Assembly (NCBI GenBank): GCA_013265495.1
Contig: MU060988.1
Location: 668,409 to 732,408, forward strand
Length of the DNA: 64,000 nucleotides
Source: Vicugna vicugna
Lineage: Eukaryota
Reading direction: 5' to 3'
The notes beneath the pieces were generated by a model, which saw nothing but the letters and a program-made list of their open reading frames with translations, searched no databases and was not told the origin of the DNA. The first letter of the stretch is position 1. Each line of letters starts with the position of its first letter. Positions 22,376 to 34,659 of the stretch are shown one piece after another. The translations under genes and the position numbers were made by a program.

Positions 22376-25250
22376 ACATGGCGACACACACGACACCCTG
22401 CTGTCGCGACACAGCTGGGACCCTCCCCCGCGCTGGGAAAGCCCACCAGAACCTCCGGGCCACACTCGGCCACGTTCTGGCAGAAACAAGTGTGGGGCTG
22501 AAGCGGGTCCTTTCAGTCCAGCACCGACCCCCTGCGGGCTCCAACTCTGTGACTGGCACCTAGATTTAAAGCTTCTCTTTCTAAAGCGCATGGCCATGAC
22601 ATCAGTTCTTACCCCCAACCCCGGTAAACGAGCTTGAGAAGGCCTGAACTGGGGTGCGTCCTCTGACTGCAAACTCCTGCAAGCCCTGGCTTTGCCCAGA
22701 GTGACCTCTGCCCTCTCCTCCCCAAGTGTGTGACAGGCGCCACCTCTAGGGCTCCCCCTCGGGCCACACCCCTCTCCTTCCTGTGGGGCTCTGAGGGCAC
22801 ATGGTGGCCCAGACTCACCCCCAGACATCCCGCTTGGAGCTCCCTTGTGCACCCGAGGTCTGTGTGATTTCGGGGGCTGAGCAGAAGCACCACCACACTG
22901 CCTGCCGTTCCCAGCGTGGCCCTGCCCTTCCGGCTCCACACACCCCGGCTGTGCCCCGCCGGGTACGTCCCCGTCACACCCACCCTCCGACATCCTGCCG
23001 TCACCCCAGCTCGGCTCACGGGCGAGGCCAGTCTCAAAACTGCCCTCAGGGAACAGGTGCCTGGACATAACCAAGCTTCGCTCACCGGGTCTCGTGAAAA
23101 GTTTAAGCAAGAAGAGTAACGAACAACCCACCAAAAGGCGACGGTGAGGAAGTGACACCGACAAGAGCAGAGCAGGCACCCGGCTGGGCTCCACCCGCAC
23201 GGCTCACAGCTGGGGTTTCCATCGGCTTTGCCGTACTCACCCCTGCACGCCGCCAGTGACCAGGCCGTCAACGGCGCCATGAAACAGGAGGCCACTCGTG
23301 TCCCAGGGGTGTGCCCGTGCCTGACCACAAAGCCTGAGCCATCAGTGTGGGCCAACCTAGGGCCTCAGCCCCACGGCACTGGCCACGGGGCACCAGCTGT
23401 GCGGCTCTCCTGCCTCCGGGAGCAGCTGTGACATCCACCCCCTCCCCGGGTGACCCCAGACCCTCCAGGGCCCCGGTGGGACAGGTTTTACCTGCTGCTG
23501 CTGCCGCAGAGAAGAAACAGACTCACAGAACACAACCACCAGTCCAGAACCATAGTCAAGCTGGGACTCCCTCCCTCCCTCCCTCCCTCCAGGGCCTTGC
23601 GTCGCCCGGAGGCCTGGTCAGCGCATCCCGGGCTCTGCGACTGTCCTGGCACAAGAGCAGGGCAGAGACCGCTCTCTGCGGACGTTCTGTGCCCCCAGCT
23701 GAGCCGACGCTCCTTCTGCCCTGCAGCCAGCAGCTCCCACCCTTGCTCCCCCGGGAATGCAGGGCAGAGACGAGGGCCTCCCAGCCCCACGGTGGGCACT
23801 TCAGAATCAGTGTCCCTTCTCTTCACCTTCTGCCAAGCGGTGAAGAGGCCACTAAATCTGCCCAGAACATCCAGAAACCAGGCTGGCGCAGGGCTGTGCT
23901 CGGGGCCACCTGGTGCAGCGCCCTGTACCCCAGGGACTCAAGGCCCACCTCCCGTGTCCACGTGTGGCTTCAGCAGGGACCTGACTCCTCTCGCCCTGCA
24001 TGAGGCCCCCGGACCCAGCCCAGCTGCAGAAGGACAAGAAAGCTGCTCCTCTCGGCAGAGGCTCCAGGGATGGGCCGGGAGCCTCACCAGGCCCAGGCCC
24101 GAGCGGGGATTTCTTTTTTAAGTCTCGAAGCCACAAAATGCCACTCTCTTTGCCTTGATCTCTAGTGATTCCTTAAAAGTACACAGCAGAAGCACAAAGT
24201 TAGGCCAGCTCGACCACAGGCCAGCAACTAACTCGAGTCGGCAAGGGCCAGGGCCACCGCCAGGCCTTTCCTTTTTACCCAGCCGCCCTCCCTGGACGTG
24301 GCCTTCCCCCCCAGCTTGGCAAAACCCAGCTGGGAAGCCACACGCTCCAGCAAAAGCGCTGGGAGGGGCCCAGGCCACCTCACTCTGGCAGGACGCAAAG
24401 GAACAGTCACCATCCCGCCATCACAGGCCCAGCTCCACCCCGGTCATGACGGTGGGCCCCCAGCTGTTCACTGCTGAGCACACGCTGCACGCACAAGCCT
24501 TGCAGCCTGACTGCCGGCTTCCACAGCCCTCCGAGGGCACGTCCAGGAACGCCAGCCCAGCCCTGGCCTCAGCCGAGCACCTGGCAGCAAAGGCCGTTAC
24601 TCTGAGATTCTGCTGCCTCTGAACCATGTTCCGACCACAGCAGCCCACAGCTGGTCAACGGGGGACCGAGGGGTCCCTGTCTGTCTGACCCCAGGTGGGC
24701 AGAAGCCGCGGGCAAGGTCAGAAGGACGTGTAACCCAGCGAGACGGCCGTACTGGAAAAATCAAATGCCCGCGTCCGCCCAGACGGCACGACGGAGCCTG
24801 GCCATCACCTCTGCTAAAACTCCCCGTGTGAAGTGACGCCCACGTCGCAGCGACGCATCTGAAGTGACCGCACCCACACCCCACAGTCCAGGAATTCACC
24901 CCGCGGCCTCCACGTGGTGAGGAGACCAGCCACGTGCCACGAGCCCCTGCGGGCCAGACCCGGCTCTGTGAAACCGCAGTCTGCCCCGGAGCCCAGCCTA
25001 GCGGTCCCAGGGCCCAAGGGGGCTGTTCCCCCAGTGCTCATAGTCCCACGGCGGGAGGGGTGGTCCCGTCCGAGTCCTGCGTCACCTTCTGGGTGACTCA
25101 GAACATGTGACACACGCACAAGTGGCAGCTGGTGCATCGTCATCATGCCGTCATCTTCCAGGTGGAGGACGCCAGCCGAGGGGAGAACCAGCCCTGCTCT
25201 GTCTCCTGCAGCCCCAGGAGGCCTCGCCCCTCTGGGACCACTGCTAAGAG

Positions 25251-25342
25251 CGGGTCAGGGGCGACGCGGGGACGGAGGCGGCGGGTCAGGGGCGATGCGG
25301 GGATGGGGGGACGGGTCAGGGGTGACATGAGGACGGAGGTGG
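25251..25342 (+). repeat. G-rich minisatellite, 3 copies of ~30-31 bp
   Basis: Units begin CGGGTCAGGGG at 25251, 25282 and 25312. Confidence 0.85.
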
Positions 25343-26934
25343 GGGTGTCTTGAGTCAGGAGGTTGATCCCCTCAAACTATGGCAAACAAAATCAACTGGA
25401 AAACCTGAAAGCCGTTCTAGAACGTTCTTACACCACATAAACTAGGCCACCTGCTCCACCCCAACCCCCACCGGGGTCCTGCCACCGCGGCCCTGTGGGG
25501 GTCGCCTTGGGCCAGGACACCCGGGCTCCGTCACGACGGCACAAGGTACTTTCCTCGCCTGCCAGCACTGCCCCACGCCTGGGCAGGCGCCACGAGCAGC
25601 GCAGGACTGGCCTTTCCCTGATGACCGCCGTCCCCCGGGAGGGCCCTGCCAGGGATGGTCTCCACCTGACTCCTCACCTCGGGACCCCGAGCTGAACCCT
25701 TAGGGGGCAAACGTTCACCTGAGGGGGGGGCCTGGCAGGCAGTTCGTCTGGTCCCTGGGGGTGGGAGAGCGCGCTCGGCGGGCTGACCTCATACAAACGG
25801 GCCTGGTCCCTGGTCCCTGGTCCTGGGAACGGGTCCTTCGCTGGCCTGCGGGCCAGGCCTCACACGGGCACTTCCGTTTTCTCTGTGACCACACAGAAGG
25901 ACGTGGTCTAGACAGATGCCCCTGGGAGGTGTGGGCACCACTTCCTTATGCTCCCGGAGGTCACTGGGCGGTGCCGCCCCCACCGCCACAGCTTCCCCTT
26001 GGGCTCCACAGTCAGGGTCACCCAGTCATGTCCCTGCTGGGGACACCTGCGTCACTGCGTGCTGGACACAGTGAGGGACACACGCAGGTCTGTGAGCACC
26101 TGCTGAGGGTCAAGTCTCAGCCACGGGGGCCAGCCACACCTACGTCCACCCAGGTGGGCTCTGGGCAGCAGAGGAGTGGGCGTCCTCGGCCAGACGCCAG
26201 GCACGGCTCTCAGAGCTGCACAAACGTCAAGTCTGGGAAACTCCAGGGCCCCCAGGGCCCCGGCCCCGGCCCTGCACCTCAGGCAGGAGGAAACTGAGGC
26301 ACAGACAGCGCTCAGCCCTGCCCTGCCCTCCGCCTCCACCTCCAGCAGGACAGGACTCTGATCCCCCCGAGCAGGGACCCCGATCACACTCACACCAGCC
26401 CTACCTCCAGGAGTGGGGTGATGGGCGTCCCCAGGGAGGAGGTGCTCCCGGAGAAGCAGAAAACGAGCTCCAACTCCCGGCCGGCTGTGGGGGCGCCAGG
26501 AAAAGCGGAATTCTCACCCCAGTCTCTGACCTTGGGTCTGGGTCTGGAAGCTGGCGCGCAGCCCAGGGAGGGCTGGGGAGGGGCCCCTGGGCAGAAGTCA
26601 TCTATCTCAGGCCTAGGAGGCAGTGTGTCCCAGGGCACCAGCAGCCTTCCCCGGCAGCGGTCACCGGGCACCTGACCACCTGAGTGGGACTGGAGGCAGC
26701 CCCTCCCACCCAGCGGGACCCCTCTCCTGCCAGTGGTCACCTCCGCCCCCTCTGGTTACCTTCAGTCGCAGCCTCACTCTACCTGTGAGAGGCCGCGGAG
26801 ACGCCTGAGGGGGCACTGACTGCCCCAGCGCCACCACAGGGGCCCTCCCGGGGCCGGGAAGAGAGTGAGTCAGGTCACCTGTGACCCCAGGAGTGTGCCG
26901 ACATCTCACAGGGATCCTTCCAGCGGCCACCGCC

Positions 26935-27050
26935 ACCCTAATCTCTGCTTCCCAGATGAGAACACTAACGCTGAGGCGTGGAAACTTCCAGAAGCCACGT
27001 CAGTGCTGAGCAGGGGGGTCTGTGTCCGAAACCCGGCGTCTGACCCCCGG
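26935..27050 (-). mobile_element. Diverged MIR fragment
   Basis: CCCAGATGAGAACACTAACGCTGAGG...AACTTCCAGAAGCCACGTCAG resembles the reverse MIR core. Weak match. Confidence 0.4.
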
Positions 27051-28274
27051 CCTGCCCCCGACACCACCTCGCCAGTCCTCAGGTGTGGAAAGCCAGGTTC
27101 TCCCACCCCCATGTGGCAGACCCTAACCCGGGCGGCCCACATCGAGTTGGCAAACACACCTAACCGGGCTCCTTTAAATCCAGTTTCCCGTCAAAATCTC
27201 AACTTGTTCCACGTTAGGAGTCCAGTGGACACTTTGTAAAAGGTGGTTCTGACCGAGGATGGCTGCACATGGGCCACCCGTGTGTCCCGGCCTCCAGGAG
27301 ATGCCTTCCCCCAGGGAAGGCCGGGAAGCACGCCCTTTCCAGATAAATGCAGTTTGCTCATCAGGTCGGGCAGGCGTGCACGCCCCTCCTCGTGCCCTGC
27401 TGGCTTCATACAAAGGTATGAGCGAAATGAAATGATCCCCACGAGCTGCAGTCCTCACAGCAAACGAGGACAGACCAGTTTCATGCTCAGAAGAATGTGG
27501 CTTCTGTTCAACGTCAAACTGTCTCAGACGGGACATTCTGAAGATTCACGTGGTGGTACAGCCTCATCACAAACTCTGTAGCTGCAAAACTTTGGCAAAG
27601 ACGTCTGCAGAGTGGCTGCTTCACCCCGACCTGTGGTCAGAGGGCAGTGCCCAGCGGGCGGCTCTGCAGAGGGAGGCAGTCACGCCCGGCTGCCCAGGAC
27701 AGGCTCCAGGCGTGGGATGGCAAGTCCACCCGGAGCCGCCACAGGAGACGCAAGTTTCTAGAAACACTTCAGCCACAGGGAAGGGAATTACTCAGTGTGA
27801 GGCCACCCATCACAAAATTTCAGAACCGGAAGGTTTTTTCATAATACCTTCCCGACTTGTAGAAATCTGAAGCACCTGCCCCAGCTTGCCCGGCCTGCCC
27901 CGGCTCCCCCCACGCCTTTGTGAGGTCCCAGGGGCCATCTCTCTTTGGTCCCAAAAAGCAGAGGAGAACCACACTGGGCAGCCCTCCCTTCCCCGCCTCC
28001 AAACACATCCCTGCATTGAACCCACAGTCAGTGGCTTATGGGCCCCTCAGTCTTCGGTGGGAAGCAACTTCCTGCCTTCCTGGGGGTGCCTGCTATCCAG
28101 CTGCGAAGCCTCCCCGAGGCGGGGCTGGCACCTGGCCAGCAGCGTGGTCCCCGGGCCAAGAGGGCCCCCCCACCCCACAAAAGGCACTGCTTACTGGGGA
28201 GGGCGGAGCCCGACCCGGCCCTCTGGAGGCGTCTGGCAGGCCCTGCCACGCTTCTTTCCTCGGACGCAGCAATC

Positions 28275-28520
28275 CCACAAGTTCAAAAGGATGCCAGCCG
28301 GGGTGCTCACCCCACGCCACTTTAACGAAAGTAAAACCTTATCATCTGAATGCCCGCTCATCAGGGACTGGCTGAATAAATGATGACACTGCAGGCCGCT
28401 CGGCAGGCGGCATGACCGTCAGGCCAGTGTTTACTGACGAGCACGGATGGACACAGTGTCTTATACGATGCAAAGAGGAGATGGTAAAACAGCACTTAAA
28501 TGTGAGCTCGTTCATGTAGG
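28275..28520 (+). mobile_element. L1ME-like 3' end relic
   Basis: AAGGATG...AAAACCTTATCATCTGAATGCCCGCTCATCAGGGACTGGCTGAATAAATGATG resembles the L1ME 3' terminal motif. Confidence 0.55.
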
Positions 28521-31500
28521 GAATAAAAAGCCGTGAAGGCTCCCGCCCTCCTAGGTGCAGGCGTCACCACTCCAAACACCCCCAGTCCCAACAGGGCAGC
28601 ACCACCCGCTTCCACGGGCGAGCTCACCGGGGCCCAGCGGACCTGCCTCAGAGCCGGGGCACCAGGCAGGCGGGCCGTGACCATCCTGGGCACAGGAGGG
28701 GGCCAGGTGCCGGCGGAGCTCAGCTCCGGGCAGGGGCCTTCCAGGCCACCTTTGGTGTCTTCCTGGGGCTTCTCTGTATCTTCCGATTTTTTACATTGGA
28801 AAACGCATTGTTTTTTGTATCTTTCTTACAAAACAATCATGTCATTTCCAAACAACAGCAGTTTCTCCAGATTCTCTGCCTTTCTGCCCCTAGGCCACCC
28901 CACAGCAAAGACAAGGGTGGCCCTGAGTCCCCCCAGGAGTGCAGTCCTGCCATCCTCAGGGCCATACCCTAGCCCTCAGACCGGGACCCGGACCTCTGAG
29001 TCTGCAGTGCAACTCCAGTTACTCAAGCCCCTCTCTCCCGGCGTCCCACCTCATTCAGCTCCACATCTTTGCTGCTCTGCCCCGTCCCTTTATCCCCCAG
29101 AGAGCTAAGAACCAGTCTGGGTGCTGGGCCCAGCGGCCTGCGTTCCAGCTCTGGGTCCCCGCACCAGCTGTGGGACTCCAGGTCAGCTGCGCCCGCCCTG
29201 AGCTGTGAGACGGAGCTGGCCTCAAAAAGTGCGTGGGCTGCCGACGACACACAGCGTCAGCACCGTCTCACTGACGTCTGGTGATGACACCAAAACCTCC
29301 CGCAGAGCGGCCTGGGCCCTCTGCTGAGCCTCTGACGAGACTGTCACAAGGCAGCTGCCTTGTCCTGCTAAGAAACGCCAGCTCTGCCAAGTTTCCCATT
29401 TTGCTTTTTCTGCAACCTTTCCCCAAAGAAACTGGTCGGAGAGGGAGAGCGCTCGTCCTTGGCACAGAAGGAACCCACTTCTCCTCTGCACCTCCGAGCA
29501 GCTCTCGTCTCTGCCTGTGACTCTCACGTCTTGTCCTAAAAGGCCTCACCCTGCAGGGCGACACCTGCTCACCTGAGGACACCTGGGGACAAGAGCTGCT
29601 GACGTGGGCAACTGACTCACGCAGCGACCCGACGTCACATTCCCAAGCAGAGAGAGTAAGAAGGCCCACGGCAGGGCGGAGGGCACTGGGGCTGCACAGG
29701 GGCCGCCAGCGAAAGCCAAGGCCAGGCCGGAGAGGCGTCCCCTGGCCCCGCCGGGGCACCTGGGGACTGCGCTGCCTTCCTGGTGCCCACACCGCGTCCC
29801 GGCCACGCTGTGCCCCTGGCTCCCACTCGTTACCTCCTGTGCCCCGAGAGTGAGGTGCGTGCAGGGACAGCAGTGCCCAGGGCTGCCAGCCGCCTCGGAG
29901 GCCCGCACCCGCGCGGCAACCACTTTGCTGATGCACCTCTAAATCACTCGGTCTCCGGGATGAGTCAGCCGCGGCTCTCAGTGAGAACGCTGTCTCTCCG
30001 AGAACATAAATCAGATGGCCCTCACCAGTGTAGGATGCGGCTGCCATCAGATCAGCAAGTTTTTAAGTGGCTGGAGTGTGCGCCTCTGAAGAGAGGAGGG
30101 GCCATTAGAGTCCATAATGGGAGAGGGACTGGCACGGGCCGCGCCCCCCGGCCTGGCCACGCCCAGCTCCGCCGTGCCTCCGCCCCACCCACCAGGGCCC
30201 ACGGCGGCTCGGCCCTGTGAGAGGCCCCTGGCCCCCAGTCCCATGACACCTACAGTCTGGGGGCATGGAAGCCCCAGTCGATGTTCACACAAGGGCCCAG
30301 GTGCAAATGCCCGCGGGCTCCGCACGAACAAAACAGAATCAGGGCGCAGGGCCAGCGGAGCGCGGCCACTGCCAACTGGGCAGCTCCCCATGCTCCTCTG
30401 GGCAGCGCTGCCCACACCTGGAGAGCCAGGACGGGACCCGGGGGGACCTGGGCGCCCACATCCGAGGGGAGAGGCTGTTAACAGGGGGTGAAGTCATGCC
30501 CGACTCGGCGAGAGCCCTGGGACGCCGACTGAGACATGGAAGTGGACACCCTCCGGCATCCTCTCCTACTGGCAGCAACGAGAACGCGAAACCGAGAGAA
30601 AGCCCGCGGGGCCGAGTGGGGCGCCCAGGACAGGGGAGCCCGGAAGTGGGAAGCCTGGAACGCACAGCCCACGCCACCCAGCGCAGCCCTAAGGCCTTGG
30701 CGGCCAGGGCTTCCCTCCACGGTCCTGCCCATTCCAGGGTCCAGTTCCCCTTCATTGAGGCAGGAGAGCCTGGCCAGGCTCTGCTCCCCTCACCGAGTGC
30801 CCCCCACCACCTCCGCTCACAGCCCGGCCCCTCCTGGCTCCCCTGCTGCTCCCTCCCTGGAGAGTTCTCCCTCGAACACAGGGATCGCCAGGTCACCACC
30901 GCTAACCTGCAGGTCCTTAGAATTCCCTGGGGTGTTCTGTGGCCGGTTAGGATGGTGAGTTTAAGTCCTGCTCAGACAAGTGAAGGGCCTGAGCAAACAG
31001 GGTGCTTTTCCATCGCTGCCGCGTCTCCGGAACCCTCCAGGGACTGTGTCCCCTCCCAGGGCTCCCGCAGAAGGACTCCGAGAGCAACACGAAGCCGGGC
31101 CGACAGATGCAGATTCACCAGGACCTCACACACACATCCGCATGAACACATCACACCTGCGCCCACATGCACAGAGGCCGAGGGGCCGGGCGAGAGCAGA
31201 GACCGAGGCGGGCAGAGCCCCTGGGTGCCCCATGATCCTGGCCCACACGAGGGCCACGGAGGGCAACGAGAGGTCCTGGGATGGAGGGTGAGAGCAAAGC
31301 CCCGAACACAGCCTGGCTGACTCTTCTCAACCTGAAAGGCCCCAGGAGGGTCAGCGCAGTGTCCTCTTCAACCGCGTCCCGGAGCAGCGTCCCCAGCCAG
31401 CCCACGCCTGCGTCTGAGCCGGCACGGGGACAGACGGGCCTCACACCCACGACTGTGGGCTGGTGCCCAGCTCTGCCTCCTCTGTGCTCTCCCCTGAGTT

Positions 31501-31679
31501 CCTGGTCATCAAAGAAGCGCGACACGCCCTCTGGGGACTCGCACATCCCGAAAAACAGGCACGGATCTGCTGCTGCAGTGATGCCTGATAACCACGTGAA
31601 GATGAGGGGCGGTTCCAAACTGAGGCTTTAACGAAGTGCAAAAGCAAGCAAAAGCAACCACCTCGTGCTCCCTGCAAGG

Positions 31680-32060
31680 CGGCTACTGCCAAAAACCCAG
31701 AAAAGGAGTGCTGGTCAGGGCATGGAGACAGGGAACCCTGGTGCACCGGGACGGGGGGATGTGGAACGGAGCAGCTGCTGTGGGAAACCACGTGGAGGCT
31801 CCTCAGAAGTTAAACCCAGAACTGCCACATGCTCTGTTAATTCCACTTCCACGTCTACCCCCAATGAACTGGAAGTGGGGTCTCACACGGGCACTCGCAC
31901 ACCCCTGTTCACGGCAGCATTATTCACAAGCCAGAAGCTGGAAGCATCCCACGCGTCCGCTGACGGGGGAGCGGACGCAGAAAATGTGACCTGTCCACGT
32001 GATGTAATATTACTCCATCCCGAGGCAGGGAAGAGGGCATTCGGTCAACGTGCCCCAGGT
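31680..32060 (+). mobile_element. Old L1 (L1MB-like) ORF2 3' end fragment
   Basis: GTGCTGGTCAGGGCATGGAGACAGGGAACCC...GGAAACCACGTGGAGGCTCCTCAGAAGTTAAACCCAGAACTGCCACATG...CAGCATTATTCACAAGCCAGAAGCTGGAAGCA is collinear with the L1 3' end and with the young L1 at 45753. Confidence 0.75.
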
Positions 32061-32835
32061 GTGCCCACCCACAGCCGCGCCATCGCCACCCAGCGCTGCA
32101 ACTGGCACCCCGGGGCGCCGTGAGCCAACGAGGCGTCACTCAGAGGCGCACCAGGCTGGGGCGAATGAGAAGACACCAGCTTCTGGGGACCCCTGACATC
32201 CAACCTTCCCACGGCTCTTCTCCACGAGACAGAGTCACAGGGGAGGCAGAACAGCTCCCCTGCTCCTGGAGAGAGGTGGCGGGCTGGGCGGAAGCGGGGA
32301 GCGTCGGAGACAGCGCTGGAGACCAGCAGCCCGCTCCCCCTCCAGAGCCTCCGCCCCCGCTGACTCGGCCCCTCCACCAGGGCCCACCCGCCAGCACGGG
32401 CCTCTGTGGCAGAGAACACACGCAACACTGGCATGTGCGAGCCGGGCTGGGGGCGCCTCCAGTGTCTGCGTTCCACGATGGGCCAGACCGTGGCCGGGAG
32501 ACGCAATGGCCCTTCTGAAGAGTGGGCGCCCGTAGGCTGCACAGTCGGACAGGCCTGTGCCATGTCCACTGGTTCCCAGTCCACGGCTGCCCCACTCCCA
32601 CCGTGTGACCAGGACGCTGAGCGCAAGGCGGGGCCAGGGGCCAGGGTCTGGACAGCCAGGCTCCAGGAAACTCCAGAAGAGAGGACGTGAGCAGGAGGCT
32701 GCTGGTCACCTGGTGGACCAAGGCTCCCTCCTCCCACCAAGATCTCCAAGCCACACACAGGGTGACACCCAGGCTGACGTCCAGAAGAGACCTGAGCTCA
32801 GCTGGAACACGTTTGCGTGTGACTTGCGTAACATG

Positions 32836-32900
32836 CAGGTGTGTGTATGGTGTGTGTGATGCGTGTGTGCGGCGTGTGCGCGATGTGGGGTCTGTGGGTG
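32836..32900 (+). repeat. Degenerate TG-rich tract
   Basis: GGTGTGTGTATGGTGTGTGTGATGCGTGTGTGCGGCGTGTGCGCGATGTGG. Confidence 0.7.
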
Positions 32901-33986
32901 TTTCTTAAATAAAGTAAGAGCTGACTGAGAACCCTGGAGCTGACAAGCGAGTCACACACCGACGCTGTGGCTGAAAGAAAGAGGCCGGACGGGTCACAGT
33001 TCTCCTGGTTTATCAGGAAAAAGAATTCCCCTCAGGGTGGGACAGGGGAACGTCATTGATGGGTCTTCACTTGAAAGGGGGCCTTATCAACAGTATCTCT
33101 GGTGCAAAGTGTAACAATTTCCAAAGGCTCGTTCCTGCGCTGACCTCCCGGCTTCCAAACACACACAGCTGAGGCCACAGTCAAATTCCACCCCGGAGAG
33201 GGCACTGCCACCTGGAACCAAGTCTGCAGGGTCCAGGGTCCAGCATCCCGCAGACCCAAGCCCACAGGAGGGGCAGGGAGCGGGGTGCCCGCCCAATGCT
33301 CAGACCTTCTAACGTTCAGGAAATGGTAGAACAAGCCAAAAACACCCATCAAGGAAAGAAAGCCGCTGGCCACTGACACAGAGCTAATCTATAGATGCGC
33401 AGATGCTTCTGGAAACCCAGGGCCCCACTGCGGGGCTGAGACAGTGAACCCCACAGAAGCATAAGCTGGAAAGGATGGGCCCCAAGTCCCAGAGCTGGGC
33501 ACCCGTGAGCACCGAGGAGGGGGTGGCCATGGGGCCCCCGGTCAGGGCGGCTCTGGGCCCTGCTTGCTCCTTCTGCTCCATTCACACGGTCCTGCGTCCT
33601 CTCGGTCGTGCACACCTGGGCCCCACGGCCGCCTGCCTGGCCCCGAATGCATGAGTGCCCCATGCACAGCGCACCCCTGGTCAGGTCCCTGGGGCGGGAA
33701 AGGATGCTGCACGAGAGAGAAGCCCGGCCGGCCTGGCCAGCACTGACTGCTCCTGCCCCGAGCGGGGGCTCCCTCTCCGCGAAGCCAAGGTCAGGGCAGA
33801 GCGCCAGCACGATTGCCACTCCCCCCACAATGTGTCCCCGGACACACACACCCCCTCTTCCCTCCCGTGGTTAAATTCCACCACCCTCTGCGAGCCAGCG
33901 GCTCCTCCAGCCCCTCCCGAGCTGCCCTCTGCCCTAACCCAGCAGTGCCTGTGGTCTGGACGGTGTGACACAAAGCTCCCCCCAGC

Positions 33987-33987
<1 letters not shown>

Positions 33988-34028
<41 letters not shown>

Positions 34029-34036
34029 GCAGCCGC
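33988..34036 (+). repeat. (CAG)13 trinucleotide repeat plus CGG CAG CCG C, abutting the assembly gap
   Basis: 13 uninterrupted CAG at 33988-34026, then CGGCAGCCGC; the N-run begins at 34037. Confidence 0.95.
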
Positions 34037-34560
34037 NNNNNNNNNNNNNNNNNNNNNNNNNNNNNNNNNNNNNNNNNNNNNNNNNNNNNNNNNNNNNNNN
34101 NNNNNNNNNNNNNNNNNNNNNNNNNNNNNNNNNNNNNNNNNNNNNNNNNNNNNNNNNNNNNNNNNNNNNNNNNNNNNNNNNNNNNNNNNNNNNNNNNNNN
34201 NNNNNNNNNNNNNNNNNNNNNNNNNNNNNNNNNNNNNNNNNNNNNNNNNNNNNNNNNNNNNNNNNNNNNNNNNNNNNNNNNNNNNNNNNNNNNNNNNNNN
34301 NNNNNNNNNNNNNNNNNNNNNNNNNNNNNNNNNNNNNNNNNNNNNNNNNNNNNNNNNNNNNNNNNNNNNNNNNNNNNNNNNNNNNNNNNNNNNNNNNNNN
34401 NNNNNNNNNNNNNNNNNNNNNNNNNNNNNNNNNNNNNNNNNNNNNNNNNNNNNNNNNNNNNNNNNNNNNNNNNNNNNNNNNNNNNNNNNNNNNNNNNNNN
34501 NNNNNNNNNNNNNNNNNNNNNNNNNNNNNNNNNNNNNNNNNNNNNNNNNNNNNNNNNNNN
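34037..34560. other. Assembly gap (524 N)
   Basis: Read directly. Confidence 1.
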
Positions 34561-34659
34561 GTATATGCATGACTGAAATATTATGCTGTACACCAGAAAT
34601 GGACACAACATTGTAAGCTGGCTACACTTCAATAAAAAATAAAAATAAAATAAATAAAT
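34561..34659 (+). mobile_element. Young cetartiodactyl/camelid L1 3' terminus with A-rich tail
   Basis: GTATATGCATGACTGAAATATTATGCTGTACACCAGAAATGGACACAACATTGTAAG...CTTCAATAAAAAATAAAAATAAAATAAATAAAT. The 5' part is hidden in the gap. Confidence 0.88.

Noticed and set aside
22373-23355. Overlapping 275- and 248-aa ORFs
   Set aside because: Ala/Gly/Pro/Arg-rich, open in several frames and strands; typical of GC-rich intron with few stop codons.
25251-25342. Short repeats as a possible CRISPR array
   Set aside because: Mammalian DNA; the units are tandem with no unique spacers and no cas genes.
30265-31320. 351-aa ORF (longest in the track)
   Set aside because: No recognisable domain, low-complexity GC-driven composition, many overlapping ORFs on both strands.
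33655-34632. PolyQ, polyA, polyL and polyS ORFs
   Set aside because: Their length is inflated by the N-gap; they are alternative frames of the CAG tract with no coding context.
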